From the human T2T-CHM13v2.0 reference genome, Homo sapiens: a stretch of 64,000 nt of DNA. Position 1 is the first letter of the stretch. Every line of letters begins with the position of its first letter. The position numbers were made by a program, and so were the translations under genes. Positions 1 through 17,663 of the stretch are shown here, one piece after another. A model generated the notes under the pieces. That model searched no databases. It was not told where the DNA came from and saw only the letters and a list, made by a program, of their open reading frames with translations. The stretch lies in NCBI RefSeq assembly GCF_009914755.1, contig NC_060943.1; one strand, 5' to 3'.

Positions 1-994
1 TAAAGCACCTGCTATGAGCTGAGGACGTCTCGCATGCTAGAAATGTCACGGCAGGCCATAGTGCCTGGCCCCTGTTCTCCTGGAGCTGACATTCTAGGAA
101 GGGGACAGGCAGTGAGCAGTTTAATACACAGATCAGCTGACCATCTGTGAAGGGCGATGTGGAAGGTGACATGGGCTGAGAGCTGGGGGTTGGGAGATTT
201 CCTTCCAACAGTGCGATCAGAGACAATCTCTCTCAGAGAGGTGACTTTTACACGAAAGTTAGAAGAGCATTCTTGGGGAAAGAGAATTCCAGGAGGAGGG
301 GAAGCAGGACCAAAGCCTTACTGGAGAAGGGACGTAGCCTCAGAGGAGAACAGAAAGTTGGGAACCAGCCTCAGAGGAGAACAGAAAGGTGAGGGTTGGA
401 GTGCAGGTGGGGAGTTGGGATGAAGTCAGAGCAGTAGGGAGGCCACCTGGACATATTGAGACACAGCTGGAGGTTATTCTAAAAAGCAATGAAATGAGTA
501 GCTGGTCCCTGCCCTGCCCCCAACCAGAGGCTGTTCCCAGGAGATGGCAGCGGCCTGGGCTGAATCTCTCAGACTCATTCTCCTGCCTGGGTCTTCTCAC
601 CAAGGCCAGGTTCTTAGGTGACCCTGCTCAGCGACACGAATGGTCTCTGGGGTGGGCTCCAGCCCACAGTCCCTGTCCCACAGAGAAGAGACAGGTGTGC
701 AGAGCCCAAAGAGACATGTCACACCTGATGTCTTGTCCCAGGTCAATTCTGTGAATCCCAAACCTTGCCCGCTGCATCCAGGGTTGCAGTCTCTAGCCTG
801 GGGACTGAGAGTACCTGCCCACAGCCAGCCCATAGCCACCCCTTGGGGCCTTGGCAAGATGTGGCGGTCTGCGGATGACAGGGGATGTTGTCACAGCAGC
901 ATCACATGGTGCCAGAGGGCAGAGACCCCATGGGTGGCCTAATCCCCAGCAGGGAGTTTCACAGACTCCACCAACAATTAAGAACAGGTTCAGG

Positions 995-1412
<418 letters not shown>

Positions 1413-1450
1413 TTAACTCATCAAAATGTTGCTTTAGAGAAGGTATTTGA

Positions 1451-1806
<356 letters not shown>

Positions 1807-3039
1807 AATTAGCCTTTTGATGACCTACTTCCCCAATTCCAGAAATCGTCTCTTGCCACCAGCAAATGGAACTCTGCCCAGTTTTGAGTTTGGGTAGAGG
1901 GTGAGACATGGCAACATGGAAAACATGCCACCTCTCTATCTCACGTGTCCCAGGGCTCACCAGTGAGGTCCAATCCCGACCCCGTTGGTAATAACCCACG
2001 AGCAAGCTGCCTGTTGCCTCCTCACAAGTGGACATCGTTTTCTAAAATAGCTCTTTATTTAAACAAATACTTTCACCAATCCATAAGAATACTTAACTGT
2101 TTAACATGACTATATATGGCCACCATAAAATTGAGCACTCTGATGCAACCACAGAGACACCAAGTTGATACTGACCCGAGGCATGAGTTATGTCTTCTAA
2201 GAGTTAGGTAGAATTGTTTACAGTAATGTTATAATTTTCATGCATACCATTAATTTTAAATAATTAAAAAAAATAAAAGGGCCAGTTGTGATTGCTTTAT
2301 TTGAGTCTATTAAAGCTTTCAAAATAAGGGAAGTGTTAAGCTTTTAACAGTAGCTATACATTCCTTTGGACTTTCCCCAAGGTGTCGGTATTATCTTGCT
2401 CCTGAAAAGATCTTCAAGCCCTGGCATACGTGGGCAAGGACATTAAGAAAGATGTGATTTTTTTGTTGTTGTTGTGCCACTGAACTGCTTCTTCACCCCT
2501 TAGACTCCACAAATAGTTTTTTTTCTTCATTAATGAAGTGAGAGCTGTGATTTTGAGACGTTCTTTGCACAAAGCATACTTGCAGAATTAACTGACAACT
2601 CATCTGGGAAAATGTATTTACTGTTATACTAGAAGCTCCATAGAAATTAAAATATCATGGCATTTGATGCCATAAACGTAGTAAGCGCCAGGGTGTTCAC
2701 AGAGTTAGTCACCTTACCCATGCGTGCTTGCTGGGGTAACTCTCCAGTCACCATCATCATTGCCAACAGCATCATCATTATAATTTTTTTTAATGGAAGT
2801 CTTTCCAAAATGTACTTCTGGGCATCTGAAGGGTAAGGCTGCCAGCGAGTTGGGATGAAGCGAGAACCAAGAATCCACATGCAATATAAGAAGAAGTCAT
2901 TCTTTCCTTTCTCTTTGTCCTCTCACTCTGCCTCTTTTGGTTTCTATCTCTGGCTTCTCCCTTTCATTCTGTGAGTTAATTGGACTCCCTGGAAGATTGG
3001 ATATAAACCCAGAAGACTTCACCAGTAGAGGATTGACTC

Positions 3040-3330
3040 TTCTTAGTCAATTTCTGACCTTTTCCCACAATGGCTACCCCCAACATCTCTATGGCTTAAT
3101 ATAACCAGGATTTGTTTCTCATTCATGCAAAGTGTGATGTGGGTCAGCTGTCATCCATCTGGTGACTCAGTGACCCAGGTGCCCTCTATTTTGTGATTCT
3201 GTTGTCTCAACCTTTGCGTTGCAAGGTCACTGTGGCCCAGGAGGAGAGGGCGGAGGAGGTGCAGGCACACTCTGTCTTCATTTCCTTCATCTGTTGGCCA
3301 AAACTGACCACCTGTCCTCAGCTTAGTGCA
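3040..3330. mobile_element. Old ERVL/MaLR-type LTR fragment
   Basis: tggcttaa...tttgtttctcattcatg and ttggccaaaact motifs resemble MLT1/LTR33-type elements. Boundaries are rough. Confidence 0.35.
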
Positions 3331-4808
3331 AGAGAAGTTGGGATACGTAGGGGTCCAGGGACTAGTTAGCAACCATTTGCCGTCCTTTTTACAGTCATTT
3401 CTTCTCGCCTCTTTAAGACCCAACATCAGTATCTTCTTTGGCTGTAGGGTGGGGTCAGCGGGGAGAATGAGAGGCCAAAAAAAAAAAAAAGCAGCGGGCA
3501 GAGACAGCCTGGGATAGGCTTGGAGCTCTTTCAGCATGGCGGGACCCGGAGGTCTAGTCCTCGTGGGTCAGATGGGAACCAAGGGCGAGGGGAGGGGTGA
3601 AGGGACTTGCTTGGGATAGTTGGATATTAGGGACCCGGGAGGAAAAGATTCTGCCTCCTAACGCCTGAGTCAGCATTTTTGGAAAACAACGCTATTTTAT
3701 TATACAAAGAAGTTCAGTGTTTAGAGAGAATCTAGGGGGAAATCTACCCTTCAAGTACAAAATCATTTTATAAACAAAGTTTTAATATCCCAAACATATT
3801 ATATATAAATAAGGTTAAGTGTGTGTTGAGGCACCCATCCATTCAAATCATGTTTGTATACAGCAAGATAGCCAACCTCAGGGGTGGTTTCAGACAGCTG
3901 GTGACAGTGTTTTCTAAGTATCGGGGCTTTAACTTTTGAGAAGTTGTTTGTCTTTCTGAGCATCCGTTTCTTTGTCTAACTGGTACTGCCGCTTTGTGGT
4001 CCAGTGGATGATGAGGATTCTAAAATGATCCGTAGCCATTTTAATCCCCCCAACTCCTTCAGCCCACATCCCCTCCTCTGAATACTTGGGGAAAGCATGC
4101 ACCTTCATGTCACCTTGATCGAGGCCAACCTTGCTATAGACTCGGAGGATAAGAACAAGCGAATGGGCATGTAGACAACATTGCTGACCTTGAGAAGACA
4201 AAATTAGGAAGGTCTGTTGCCTGATGTCTCCTTGTTCCTGGTAACAGACCTTTAAAAAACTTGGATCCACCTCCTTTTTCTTTAGCAAGTCACTTTCAGC
4301 TTGTAGGCACGGGCAGAGGAGAAAGCTGGCAGAGCTTTTGATGCCTACTTCAACACATTTGCTCTTGGCTACAGTCTAGGAGGGTTGCAAATATGGCCTG
4401 TGTCTGCCTGGAATATTATTCGTTGTACCCATGCAAGGCACCCACATCTGAAGAAATAATCCCATATTATTCAGTGGAGTCAAGAAAAGAAACAAGGGCC
4501 ACAGGAGCTGTTTCTCAGCTGTTTCTCCATCAAGTGGGAGCCCAGAGCACACCCAGGCTGAGGGTGCATTAGGCAAGAGAGGGCCTCCCCGCCTGCAGCC
4601 AAAGGTCCCCTCCAGGGACATCTCAGTCTCTAGGAGCTGGCAGGGGTCTGTCATTTCACAGATGAGCAGGGAGGAACAGATGGCAGCGTTGAGGCTGACC
4701 TCTGTCCACATGTCTGCCTTCAGTCTACCCAGCACATTAGAGAAAGTGTCACATAGGAGGGAAGGAATACCACTGGTTAGAGGAAAAGAAAATTAAAAAA
4801 TTAAATAA

Positions 4809-5289
<481 letters not shown>

Positions 5290-5994
5290 TGATGTTATGG
5301 GGTGCCAGGAGAAGTGATGGGACTCCCTCCTGCAGTTTGCAGAGGGGCAGACGCCAGTGCTTTTATACTCGGGGTAGAGAAGGAATCCAAGAGCAGATGC
5401 ACGTTCCCCTCTGAATGACACTCTCAGGTTCTTGCTGGGGTTGGGCCAAGTTCAGCACACACATCCTCACCAGCACCCATCCTGGCACAGGCTGGGGCTC
5501 ACGCACAGTGCCCTGCGGGTGTCCTGCCAGCACTTGCTCCCCCAGCCTTCACTGTGCTTGGCTTTCAGCCTCTCTGGACACTTCCTGGGACCACCCACGA
5601 TAGCCCTTCATCTTCTCTCAGCATGATTTTCCAGTAGGATTAGTCTAACCATAAATGCCATAGGCCTTCTGGCCCTCCAAAAAAAATCCCTTTTCTTTGT
5701 GAAGTAATAATTAGACTCTTAAATCTGCAAAGAAAACTGTTTATCTTACAAATTTATTCTTTTTATTGGGCCACACATATCCAAGATAGAAAGATAAAAG
5801 GAAAACAGATACAGGCCATCACTTAGAGTGATGTATAGTGAGGCAGGGCTCATCCTCAAGTTCTGCAAAATGTTCCACAGTGCAGGGCGGCCGTATCGCT
5901 ATTTTTATCTGTAATGTGGCCTGGGCAAGTCCTTCCCAAAAGCTCCAGGAGAAATATGCCCTCTCTCATTTCTCCTGCAGTGTCTTCTTTTTTG

Positions 5995-7025
<1,031 letters not shown>

Positions 7026-7597
7026 TGAAGCCAACATCCAGGACACCTTAGTCCTGCTTATAATTCAAATCAACAGTGATTGGCCTCCTAACTTAAATTA
7101 GGTATCTCGACTATGTTGCCAGGAGCACTTGGGCAGAATTTTAATCAGGCTCATCATTATTTGAAGCTGACCTTCATGATTCCAGCAAAAGGGAAGCTGA
7201 GGGAGGCCGGGAGGGCAAATGCAGCATGCTCAGGGTTGGGGTGGGTGGGAGTGGGAGAAGGGTAGAAGGAGATGGCCTTGCCACTGTCTAAAGCTAGGGT
7301 ATGTGGTTGGCTGGAAATGACATCTAGCCATCACTCCTTCTGGCAGCAGCTCCTTGTAGATTCAACCTGCAGGACATAGAGCCACTGTGACCATATGTAG
7401 AGCATTTGTCTGATGGTGACTTTGCAACACTCTCTTGTGTCCATTTGCCCTGATCAATAAGCCATCTTTGGGGGCCTTTCCACATTCATTTGGGCAACCA
7501 CAATCTAGGGCTTGGTGGAGTGACTTTGAGTTCTAGATGTGGATGAGCCTAACTTCCTACTTGTGCAAAATTATAGGAAAAAAAAGCTAGGTAATTA

Positions 7598-8089
<492 letters not shown>

Positions 8090-9398
8090 TTAAATGTGTT
8101 GTCCTTCATCTTTCTCATGGTCTACAAGTCTGCCGCTTTTGGCTGTTAGCAGAGAACACCAGGAACAGACGTTGAGGAATAAAAGCAGTTTGCATTTTCC
8201 ATTGCTTGGAAGGCACAGATCTTATTTATTGTGATCTCTGCAGAACCCGCAGATCTCATTATCCCAGAAGGTTCCCTTGTTCTCCTAGTGGGATTTACCA
8301 TGAGGCCTAGAGGGTGGGCTGGAAGCTACGGTGAGGATCACCCCGCTATCCTCAGGAGCTTAGATTCTGTGCCAGGCCTTCAGGCTCCTGCTCTGTGGGG
8401 ATGTCCATGATTCTGGAAGAAAAGTGAGCCCAGAGAAGGTTCTCTTGCTTCTCCTCCTCGATTCCCCAATTGTGACCTCTTTGGCAGTGTGATGTCAGGC
8501 CTCGGGGGCTGCAATAACATATCCTCCAACCACTAGACATTTTTCCAGTTTTATTTACTATTATGTCCCACAATTTCTTTGCAGAAGGCAGCCATATGTA
8601 AATTTTATTCCGTTTTCTAATGGTTTGGGTTACATAACAAATAACAGCAGGAAGGAAAATTTGTATCGATACTTGACAGAGGAAGTTCTCAAGTCACTGC
8701 AAAAAGATGTGTCTGCAGTGCTGTAAGTTTATGGGAGTTTTGCAGCTGAGTCTCTGCATATGACTTTGAATATGTCACTATATGTTTATCATGGGCTAAT
8801 TGTGGAATCACATTTCCATACTTTTTCTTCTCCCTTTCATGAGATTACACCAGCCAGTGATGGATACAAGACTCTACAAGGAAGAAATGATCAGTTTTGG
8901 ATAATTTTCTTTCCTGTCCCAAAATAGCCATATGTCTGCATGTCTTAGGGACTCAGCTGACACACATTTTTTTTAATTTGTTGCTTGCTATAATGCAAAT
9001 ATGATTTCAGTCCCATAGTGAACTCTACAGTGAGTCCATATTATAAATTAATCAGATTCAACAAACACCAACATTTTTAAACTTTTGAAAAAAATATTTA
9101 ATAGGAACTAAGCAAAAGAAGAAATCAAACCAGCTGCTGACACAGCTGTTTCTTTTCTTGTTTAATTCAGTTCAATATAAAGGTACCATATGCTGCTTAA
9201 AATGGTGATAGGAAAGATGAAATAATTTAAGAGAATAACAAGAAAATACATGAATTGTCAGCATTCTGTCAGATTTAAAGAATGAAATAGACAGGTGTAG
9301 TATTGACATGTTTAACTTTGTGTGGTGTTAGCAGTTTTGGTGCGAACAACTCCTGACATGTGCTGAAGTGATGTGAGAACGTTTCTCCTTCGCTGCAG

Positions 9399-9551
9399 AC
9401 ATTGGCGAGGAGGCTGGGAGATCTGCCGGCGTCCAGCAACCAGCGCTGCTTCGCGACAGAAGCCTGGGCTCGGCCATGAAGGACTGCCCGTACTGTGGGA
9501 AAACTTTCCGGACATCCCATCACCTTAAGGTGCACCTGAGGATACACACAG
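9399..9551 (+). CDS. ZNF536: ZNF536 internal coding exon (153 nt, phase 1-1) encoding (D)[50 protein letters not shown]
   Basis: Acceptor tttctccttcgctgcAG|AC at 9398/9399 and donor ACACAG|GTGAGA at 9551/9552. Complete C2H2 finger at 9485-9547. Joins the next exon in frame through the TGEKP linker. Gene recognised from the peptide. Confidence 0.95.
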
Positions 9552-10799
9552 GTGAGAAGTCTGAGTGCATCCAGGGGCACAGCCCAGAGAAGGAGGAGGT
9601 CCCCGTCCTGCCTGCTTTCTGGCCCAGGTCCACAGCTGTGTGGGTCACTAACTCTGGAAGGTTCTCCCTGGGCCTGTCTAGCCACCATTGTATGGCTCAG
9701 AAGCGGCCCTCATTTCCTGATTCGTCACTTAACTAACATTCACCTCGCAAATGACTCAGGGACTCGTAAATGTAGACTTGGATGGTCCTGGCCTGGGATA
9801 ACTGGGTCGCGTCTGAGCCTCTAGGGCGTTTTGCTAATGGTTTCCTTCTGCTGTATTGAAGGAGTCCCTCCCCAGGCGCCTGTATGAACCAGGAGTCTCC
9901 CAGGTGTCAGTGATGGGGTCTCAGCTCAAACCTTCCTAAGTGCAGAAGGGAATGAAGCCACTTCCCCAAGCATCCAGGTAGAATAGGCTTTAGCCCAGCC
10001 TGTGTTACATGCCCAGACCTGGGACAGGGCAGCTGGAGTCCATCCTCGTCACTCCATGTGGCGTGGTGGAAAAGTGACTCTTCCCTGTATCTCCTCAAAG
10101 AAGAAATTGAGATGCTCTTAGGCAAAGGGGGGCAAGTGGCTGCTGCACCCCTCTGGCCATTTCTCATGTTTTGGCGTCATACTGGACGAGGACTGGCTGG
10201 CAACAGGGAGTTCTGTGTGTCCCTCAGTCACCGTCCTTTTTAGCTTTCTGCTTGTTGCTTGCACATTGCCAATATAAAAAAAAAAATCTATCGGAGATAT
10301 GGACACTTCCATTTTCTTTGATTTTCCTCCTGACACTTTATCTATTGGAGTATGAGCTGCTTCAGAGGCTAGACAAATATGCCATCTATTTTCAAAAATA
10401 ATTGTGGTTTATTTCCCAAGGAATCAATAAGGCTCTGGGTTGCACAGGAATATTGAGTGCACGCGGGCTGCATGGGCATCGCGTGGGGGGAGACAAGAAA
10501 CCCCTCACCTGGTGCCTCACCTGGTCCCCACAAATCTCCCTGACACCGAGGGAAGCCTGAGGACAGATGGGCACAGGAGGCCATGGGCCGAGTCACCAGC
10601 CCTGTTCATCCTGCATGCCTCTCTTGGAGTCATCTCAGGCCAAAGAGGTGTCTTTTAAAATGGTCCTCCAGGTCCCACCACTCTCCCAAAAGGCCTCATG
10701 CGACCTGCCCATGCCTTGCCCCGGCCCCATCCTGCCCCCTTCTTCATCCTTGGCACCTTTCTGAAACACCACCTGCATTCTCCCTGTTCTTCCAATGCA

Positions 10800-11735
10800 G
10801 AATGCCTGTTCCAGCTGCAGGACCTGTGTTCCTGCCCCTCCCTCCACCTGGAATCTTCCTCCAGGTGGTCCCTGGGGACTTAGCTTTACTGGGATCTATT
10901 CGGAGAGGCTGCCCCTGACTATCCCACCTAAAACAGCCCTCACATCCCCTGCAATTATCTTCTTTATAAACTTAACAATTTCAGAAATGACCCTGTTGGG
11001 CTCCATCGCTTATTTGTCTCCCACCAAACAGAGTCTAAGATTTGCACAGGTGGCAATATTGTCTATCTTTTGAATTGCTGTCATTTCTATAACCCCAGGG
11101 TCTGCAAGGGCACTTTACACCCAGTAGGGGCAGATGAATTTATCTGAAAGGTTGAATGACAGAAGAAATGCTCAAATAAGTGAGTGACTCCTCCTGTCTT
11201 CCCTGCATTGTTCAAGGTGGCGCAGAGGAGTCAAGGGCTGTAGGGAAAGTGGCCCCTTCCCCAGGGAACACAGGAACCTATCAGAAACCACAGCCTGACA
11301 GTCAGGCTGCAAGTGCTGGTTGCTTGGGCATAGACAAAGTGGAAGATCCTCTTCCCCGGGAGTTCAGGGAGGGGGCCTTGCATTCTGAACTCAGGGTCTT
11401 TGCCCTTTGAACTTCTCTGCCAGATAGTTGCATGGCTTGCTGCTTCCCCTTCAGAGTCTGGCTCTGATGCCCCCTTCTCTGTGAGGCCCACCCACATGGC
11501 AGTGGACCCCCCGCCCCACCAGGACTTTCTAGACCGCTTTCCTTCCCTGTGTCACTTCTCTCCATAGTGCTCACAGCATCTGACACACCATGCATTTGTA
11601 TTTCGTTGTTGTTTCTCTCCATGCACTAGACTGTGAACTCCTTGAGAGCAAAGGCTGTGTCTGTTTGTCCAGCTGTGTCCCCAGCCTAGAACAGAGCCTG
11701 GCCCAGGTAGGCACTCAGAAAGTATTTGCTGACCC
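10800..11735 (+). mobile_element. L2 3'-end fragments (about 10800-11165 and 11450-11735)
   Basis: ctagactgtgaactccttgag...cctagaacagagcctggcccaggtaggcactcag and ...gttgaatga are L2 tail motifs. Confidence 0.6.
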
Positions 11736-13404
11736 AGGCATTCCTGCGTCAATTCGTGAAAGTGACCAGGCTCGAAGGCAGTCAGCCCAGACATCTGGTT
11801 TTCTCAGATGATGCCAATGTCCATTTTCCTCCCCAGATTGGAGCCAGGGTTGTGGTGGTGGTTGGGCAGGGTGGGGACCCGCAGACTGCCAGGATACGGG
11901 AGGTGGTCCACAGGGCACCCATGCTTGAGCTGCCTGCAGGAGTGTGGAAACCAGGCTAGGCATGTCTTGTCTTGTGTATTTCATGTCGACACAGAACCCT
12001 GGACCACATTTCCCAGCCAGGTGGTAACTCTCCATGGGTAACGTCAGCCTTGCAGGGTGTAAGAGTCAGTGAGGAAAGGCGGTGCCTCTCAACGAGGGGC
12101 TCCACTAACCCTGTCGGCCCAAGACCAGTCAGCTTCCCGGGGGGTAAGAGAAGACACTCCACAGAATATTTCCAGGCAACTTAGGACCAAAGCTGACAGA
12201 AGTTCTGGATAACCTGGGAGAGAGCAAATGGTTATTGCTCTTCGCAGTTTTCAAGCTTGAGAAAGACTAATGTTTCTGAACTTCTGCTTCACAAACCTTG
12301 GAATACTCTTCGGAGACATTGAGAGAGACAACATAGGGCCATGGACAGAGGCATTCTGGAAACTTCCTAGAATCAGAGAGAAAATGAAAGAAGCCATGGA
12401 AACATCACACCACCTCCACCACCCCTCGGAAGCAGCATTCGCCGTATGTAAAAGGCAGAATGGTAACCAGATAAAGATCAATTACCTTTTTATCTAAGAA
12501 CAAAGAAGCTGGAAAATGCTTACACTTGTGCATTTGAATAGAACAGAAAGTGTTACATGTTATAAATCACCCAAATAAACATCTATTATGACAATGTAAA
12601 AGTGTAGATTACACAAGTAATTAAAAATCACAATCAACGTATTTGTTAATAAGTGATTTCATGTGGGACTCAAGTTGGTGAGAGGCCCTGACTGCCTCTC
12701 TTTTGGCCCTGGTGTCTCTCCTTGCTCCAAATACCATACAGTTTTTGTATTTCTAAATGACATGGCCAGAGGACAGCAGTCTTATTACAAAACAAAAATA
12801 CATGTACTCCAAAATGCCATCTTTTTGAAGTTTTTAAACCATGGACCCATATGAGCACATTTAAAAACCCAACGTGTAATATAAATATATTTTTAATTGG
12901 GATATCAGATGGCACCTTCTCTGTATTTTTTCTGTCCGACTGCATCTTTATTGGAAGTCTCGATCATGTAACATCAATGGATAAAACCTCTCTCCTTTTT
13001 CTCCCCACTGCATTAACTCAATTACTGTTTCTCTTCTCCTAACACCTGTTTGTTGGAGAGGTGCTGACTAGATGCACCAGTCAGGTTGTTCTGAACATCT
13101 GGGAGCCCGAGAGAGCCTATGGGTCACTAGGATGTTTCTGATGCACCCTAAGCTTCAGCCAGGTCCTCAGGGGACCAAGGGGAGGCTGCTGCAGGATCTC
13201 GGGAGTCCCTAAGGCCATCAGATCCTGGAGGCTGCCTCACTCTGGCTCCAGGCAGGGCAGACGTTGATGGCTGCTTGACCCAGAGGTGGCTGAACTTCTC
13301 TCCTCATGGAGACATTACCCTGGGCAGACTAGGGTCCAATAACTGGATATGGACAATTTTTATTCTACAGCACAGTGTCTGTGATTCAAATTCAGAGCCC
13401 ATTA

Positions 13405-14091
<687 letters not shown>

Positions 14092-14999
14092 GAAATACAT
14101 CAGCAAACATCTAGTTGTAACATGCAATGGGGAGGGCGCATGTCCCCAGAGTCTCCTGAGAGGTTGGCAAATCATTTCAGGATTGGTCTCCATGCACCCA
14201 TGCCATTCTTTTCCTCCATGTCCCCTCCCTGTGCACTACCTTGGGAAGCCAGGTGCCTGGGGGTACTCTGGAAGGTCTGATGTATCTGTTTTGTGTGTAC
14301 AGGAAGCAGGCAGATGCTGACAGGTCCCTGAAAGCCTGGGGGAGGCGTGACCCCCTGGTGGGTGAGCACCTCATGCGTGGCTGCGGGACTCCTGGCTGGG
14401 TTCCCTACCGAGGCTCTCCCATGTGTGGGTTTTTCGGGATGGGGTTGTTGTCTCAAGGAATGACCATTGTAGAGAAATGTAATAAGCAACTTCACTCGTG
14501 AAAACTTGGAGGCATGAAAGTTCAGGGACTAATTAAAAATAAATCTCATTAGTTTCTTCTCCCTCTCGAGTTCTGTGAGTGGTTTATTAATCTGGTTTTG
14601 ATGTGCCGCATGTTCCAGCCCCGAGTCGGGAACCTCTTTGTGGGAATGGATCCGCACAGGGAAGTCAGTGGTGGTTTCCCAGGGATTTCAGCTGTGGTCA
14701 CGAGGGGTTCAGCATTGGGCTGAAGGGTACGCCCGGCACCCCCCAACTCCTGGCTGCTGTCTTCACGGCACAGCTCCTGGATGCTGGCTGGGCTCTCACC
14801 TGTATTCTTGTCCCTTTCCTATAGGACCAAGGAGGATTGTGGAAGGGAGGGCGTTCTCCCTTGCAGCCCCCAAAGGGCTGCACACCCAGTCGGGTGTAGG
14901 GAGGGAGACCTGGACATTATCTTGCCTTGTGACTACAAAGCCTGACAGCAACTGGCTGAACACAGAACTCAGCCCGCAGGGATGGAGTAACGGCACAAT

Positions 15000-15245
15000 A
15001 ACAGTGATGGTAGTTCCCACGTTCTATCCACGCCCATATGCAGGCTCTGTGCTAGACACTTTGCATTAACTCGCTCCTTCATCCCTACAGCACCTCAGTC
15101 ACCAAGGCTCCATCCCCTGCCCCGCTTCAGGGGAGGGCGCTGAGCCTCAGAGACAGAGAGGTGAAGTTATCCCATCCCGGAGTTGTCCAGGCTTGGATTA
15201 AAGGTTATAATCAGATCTGCCTAATTCAGAATCTCATTCTCTTCA
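15000..15245. mobile_element. MIR-like fragment
   Basis: caggctctgtgctagacactttgca...ctcagagacagagaggtgaagt core. Confidence 0.45.
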
Positions 15246-17367
15246 CCGCTGCATTGTATTGCTACTTTTTACTTTTCTGAGTGAATTTCTGGCTTGTTTT
15301 AGGGAATTAATGCAACATTTCTTTGACAGTGTGTGTCCACACCATACCCAACAGGAAGGAAAGAAGTGACTTGTACTCACAAGTGGTGTTGGCGCAGCCT
15401 CCAGGGAATTTAAAAGGGAAGTACTGTGCACCCCAGCTCCTCCTTGACCCCTCCCTCAGACTGGCCCCAGGCCAGGCTTCCTTGGCCCCACGTGCTTGGG
15501 TTTCCCCACTAGCACAGCGAGGTTAGGGGTGAGGCATGGCCACTGTGGCATGTGGAGGCGCTCTGACCTCCTGGGATGGAAACGGGGTGGGGGTGAGTGG
15601 GAGTGGAATCACTTCCAGCATCACAGAGCTGATAAACTCATGCTATGGTGGAAACCACCTTTCATCTTCAAAGTGCTTCCCGAGCAGTGGCTGGTACATA
15701 AACATGGGTGGAAATGAAACTTCCAGCCGGCCCCATCCAGGTGCCTTATGGCTGGTGTCTACGTCTCTTACATTTGATGCTTCTATGTAAGGTATCTAGG
15801 CTGTTTTCACACACTGAGTAAATATAAAAGCACTTTGCATACATTTTCAAAAAGGAATCAGTTAAAATGGGTGTTCTTCTCATTTCCTTTTCCAAAAAGA
15901 GAGCATGCATTTTTGCCGTTAGTGGGGGACCAACCACCTGAGTAATGATGAAAAAAAAAAAAAAATCTCCAAAAGGAGATAAGTCTTTTTTTCTTTTTGT
16001 TTTGAATTAAAATTCCATCATTTTTCTATATCTGAGAGGAACTAAAAGCCCGGTTTATTCCTCCTCTGTTCCCTATCCTTGCTTTTCCTGCCTTAATGAC
16101 ATCCTAAACTTTTGTTGAAAATAATTGATTGAATTTAAATTTCCTTAAAAGTTGAAGAGGTAATGTTACAGTATAAATTTCCTACCAAACACTAAGTAGG
16201 GAAATATCCATTAGTGAAATTAACTACAGTTTCTAGGTAGCTAACAATGTGCTGTATACAGTAGGGCATGGCTAATGAACACTGCAGTGGGTGATATTTC
16301 ATTATACAAATTAATGCTCACATTTTAATGGGAAAGTCACATAATGAATCTGGGCTTCAGTGACAGCAATTAGAGACACAGATTGTCCCCTTCTGGACAA
16401 GGCACTGTTTAGCAATAAGCAGCTGTGTGAAAAGTCTTCAGGTTTACAACATATATATGCTTTGGGGGAATTAGTGTACAATTTATATTAATGTACTGAA
16501 GCTTTGCTGCAAAGACACCACCATATTTATCTCTCCTGGTGTTAACTAAGTGAAGAGATGGAGAAGGACTAAATAAATATCAAATTGAGGATGCAAATAC
16601 AGGAAAATATTCAGTTGCTCAACTTAAAAGTGAAACACTTTTGGAGATTTAGCAAAAAAAACAAAAACAAAATAAAAAAACGAGAAGCATGAATCACATC
16701 TTAAACCTTAAAATGGTTTCCAAAGAGAATATGAATCCACCTGTTATTTTTGGAGAGGTGCTGGTGGGAACTTGCTCTAAATAGCTCTAGAATAACTCCC
16801 TGGAACAGTGAGGGTTCCTTTGACATATCAACAGCAAAGTAGAGGCTCAGAATTATAAAAGATATGAGCATGTAAAAATAGGTACCGTGAACTAATTAAA
16901 CCACCTGGTCGTATATTTCTAGAAATTGATGATACAGTGACTTGGGAGAGGTTATCAATGATATTCTAAAGCTAAATCTATATCTTATGCCATGTGTCAG
17001 TGGGAAGCTGGCTTACTGTACGACAGTGCCAATAATTTCATTAATCAATTGGAATGATGAACTGCGGCCTTTTAATTTCATTATGCCTTTTCTAGCAAAA
17101 CTCTTCTTTCTAGAAATTCATTGTTTGGGCCCACATCTTACTCCTTAAAATATAGTGAGAGGTTTCCCCGCAGAAGGCTACCAGTGTTCGTAGCTGCTTC
17201 CTTTAGTGGGCAAAGAGCCCCATTCTGCACATTTCACAATGACTGCCTGCTCCAGACCCCATCTGTAAAATAGAGCACTGTGACCCTTCAGTGTTTGAAA
17301 AGTTTTGAGATAGGTACTAATATTTAAAAATTAAGATACTGCACACAGAAACCTCATAGATATGACA

Positions 17368-17663
17368 CTTTTCTTTTTTCTAGAGACAGGGTCTCACTCT
17401 ATCCCCCAGGTTGGTGTGCAGTGGTGCAATCATAGCTCATTGCAGCCTCCAACTCCTGGACTCAAGCGATCCTCCTGCCTCAGCCTCCCAAGTAGCTTAG
17501 ACCACAGGTGTGTGACACCACACCTGCTTAATTTTTAAATTTTTTGTAGAAACGAGGTCTCCCTGTGTTGCCCATGCTGGTCTTAAACTCCTGGGCCCAA
17601 GTGATCTTCCTGCCTGGCCTCCCAAAGTGCTAGGGTTACAGGCCTGAGCCACCATGCCTGGCC
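17368..17663 (-). mobile_element. AluJ
   Basis: Alu dimer; TSD ga(c/g)acttttctt. Confidence 0.9.

Noticed and set aside
9552-9736. Continuation of track ORF 9476-9736 past HTGEK
   Set aside because: Intronic read-through. The GEK match reflects the donor sequence, and the downstream residues lose the zinc-finger pattern.
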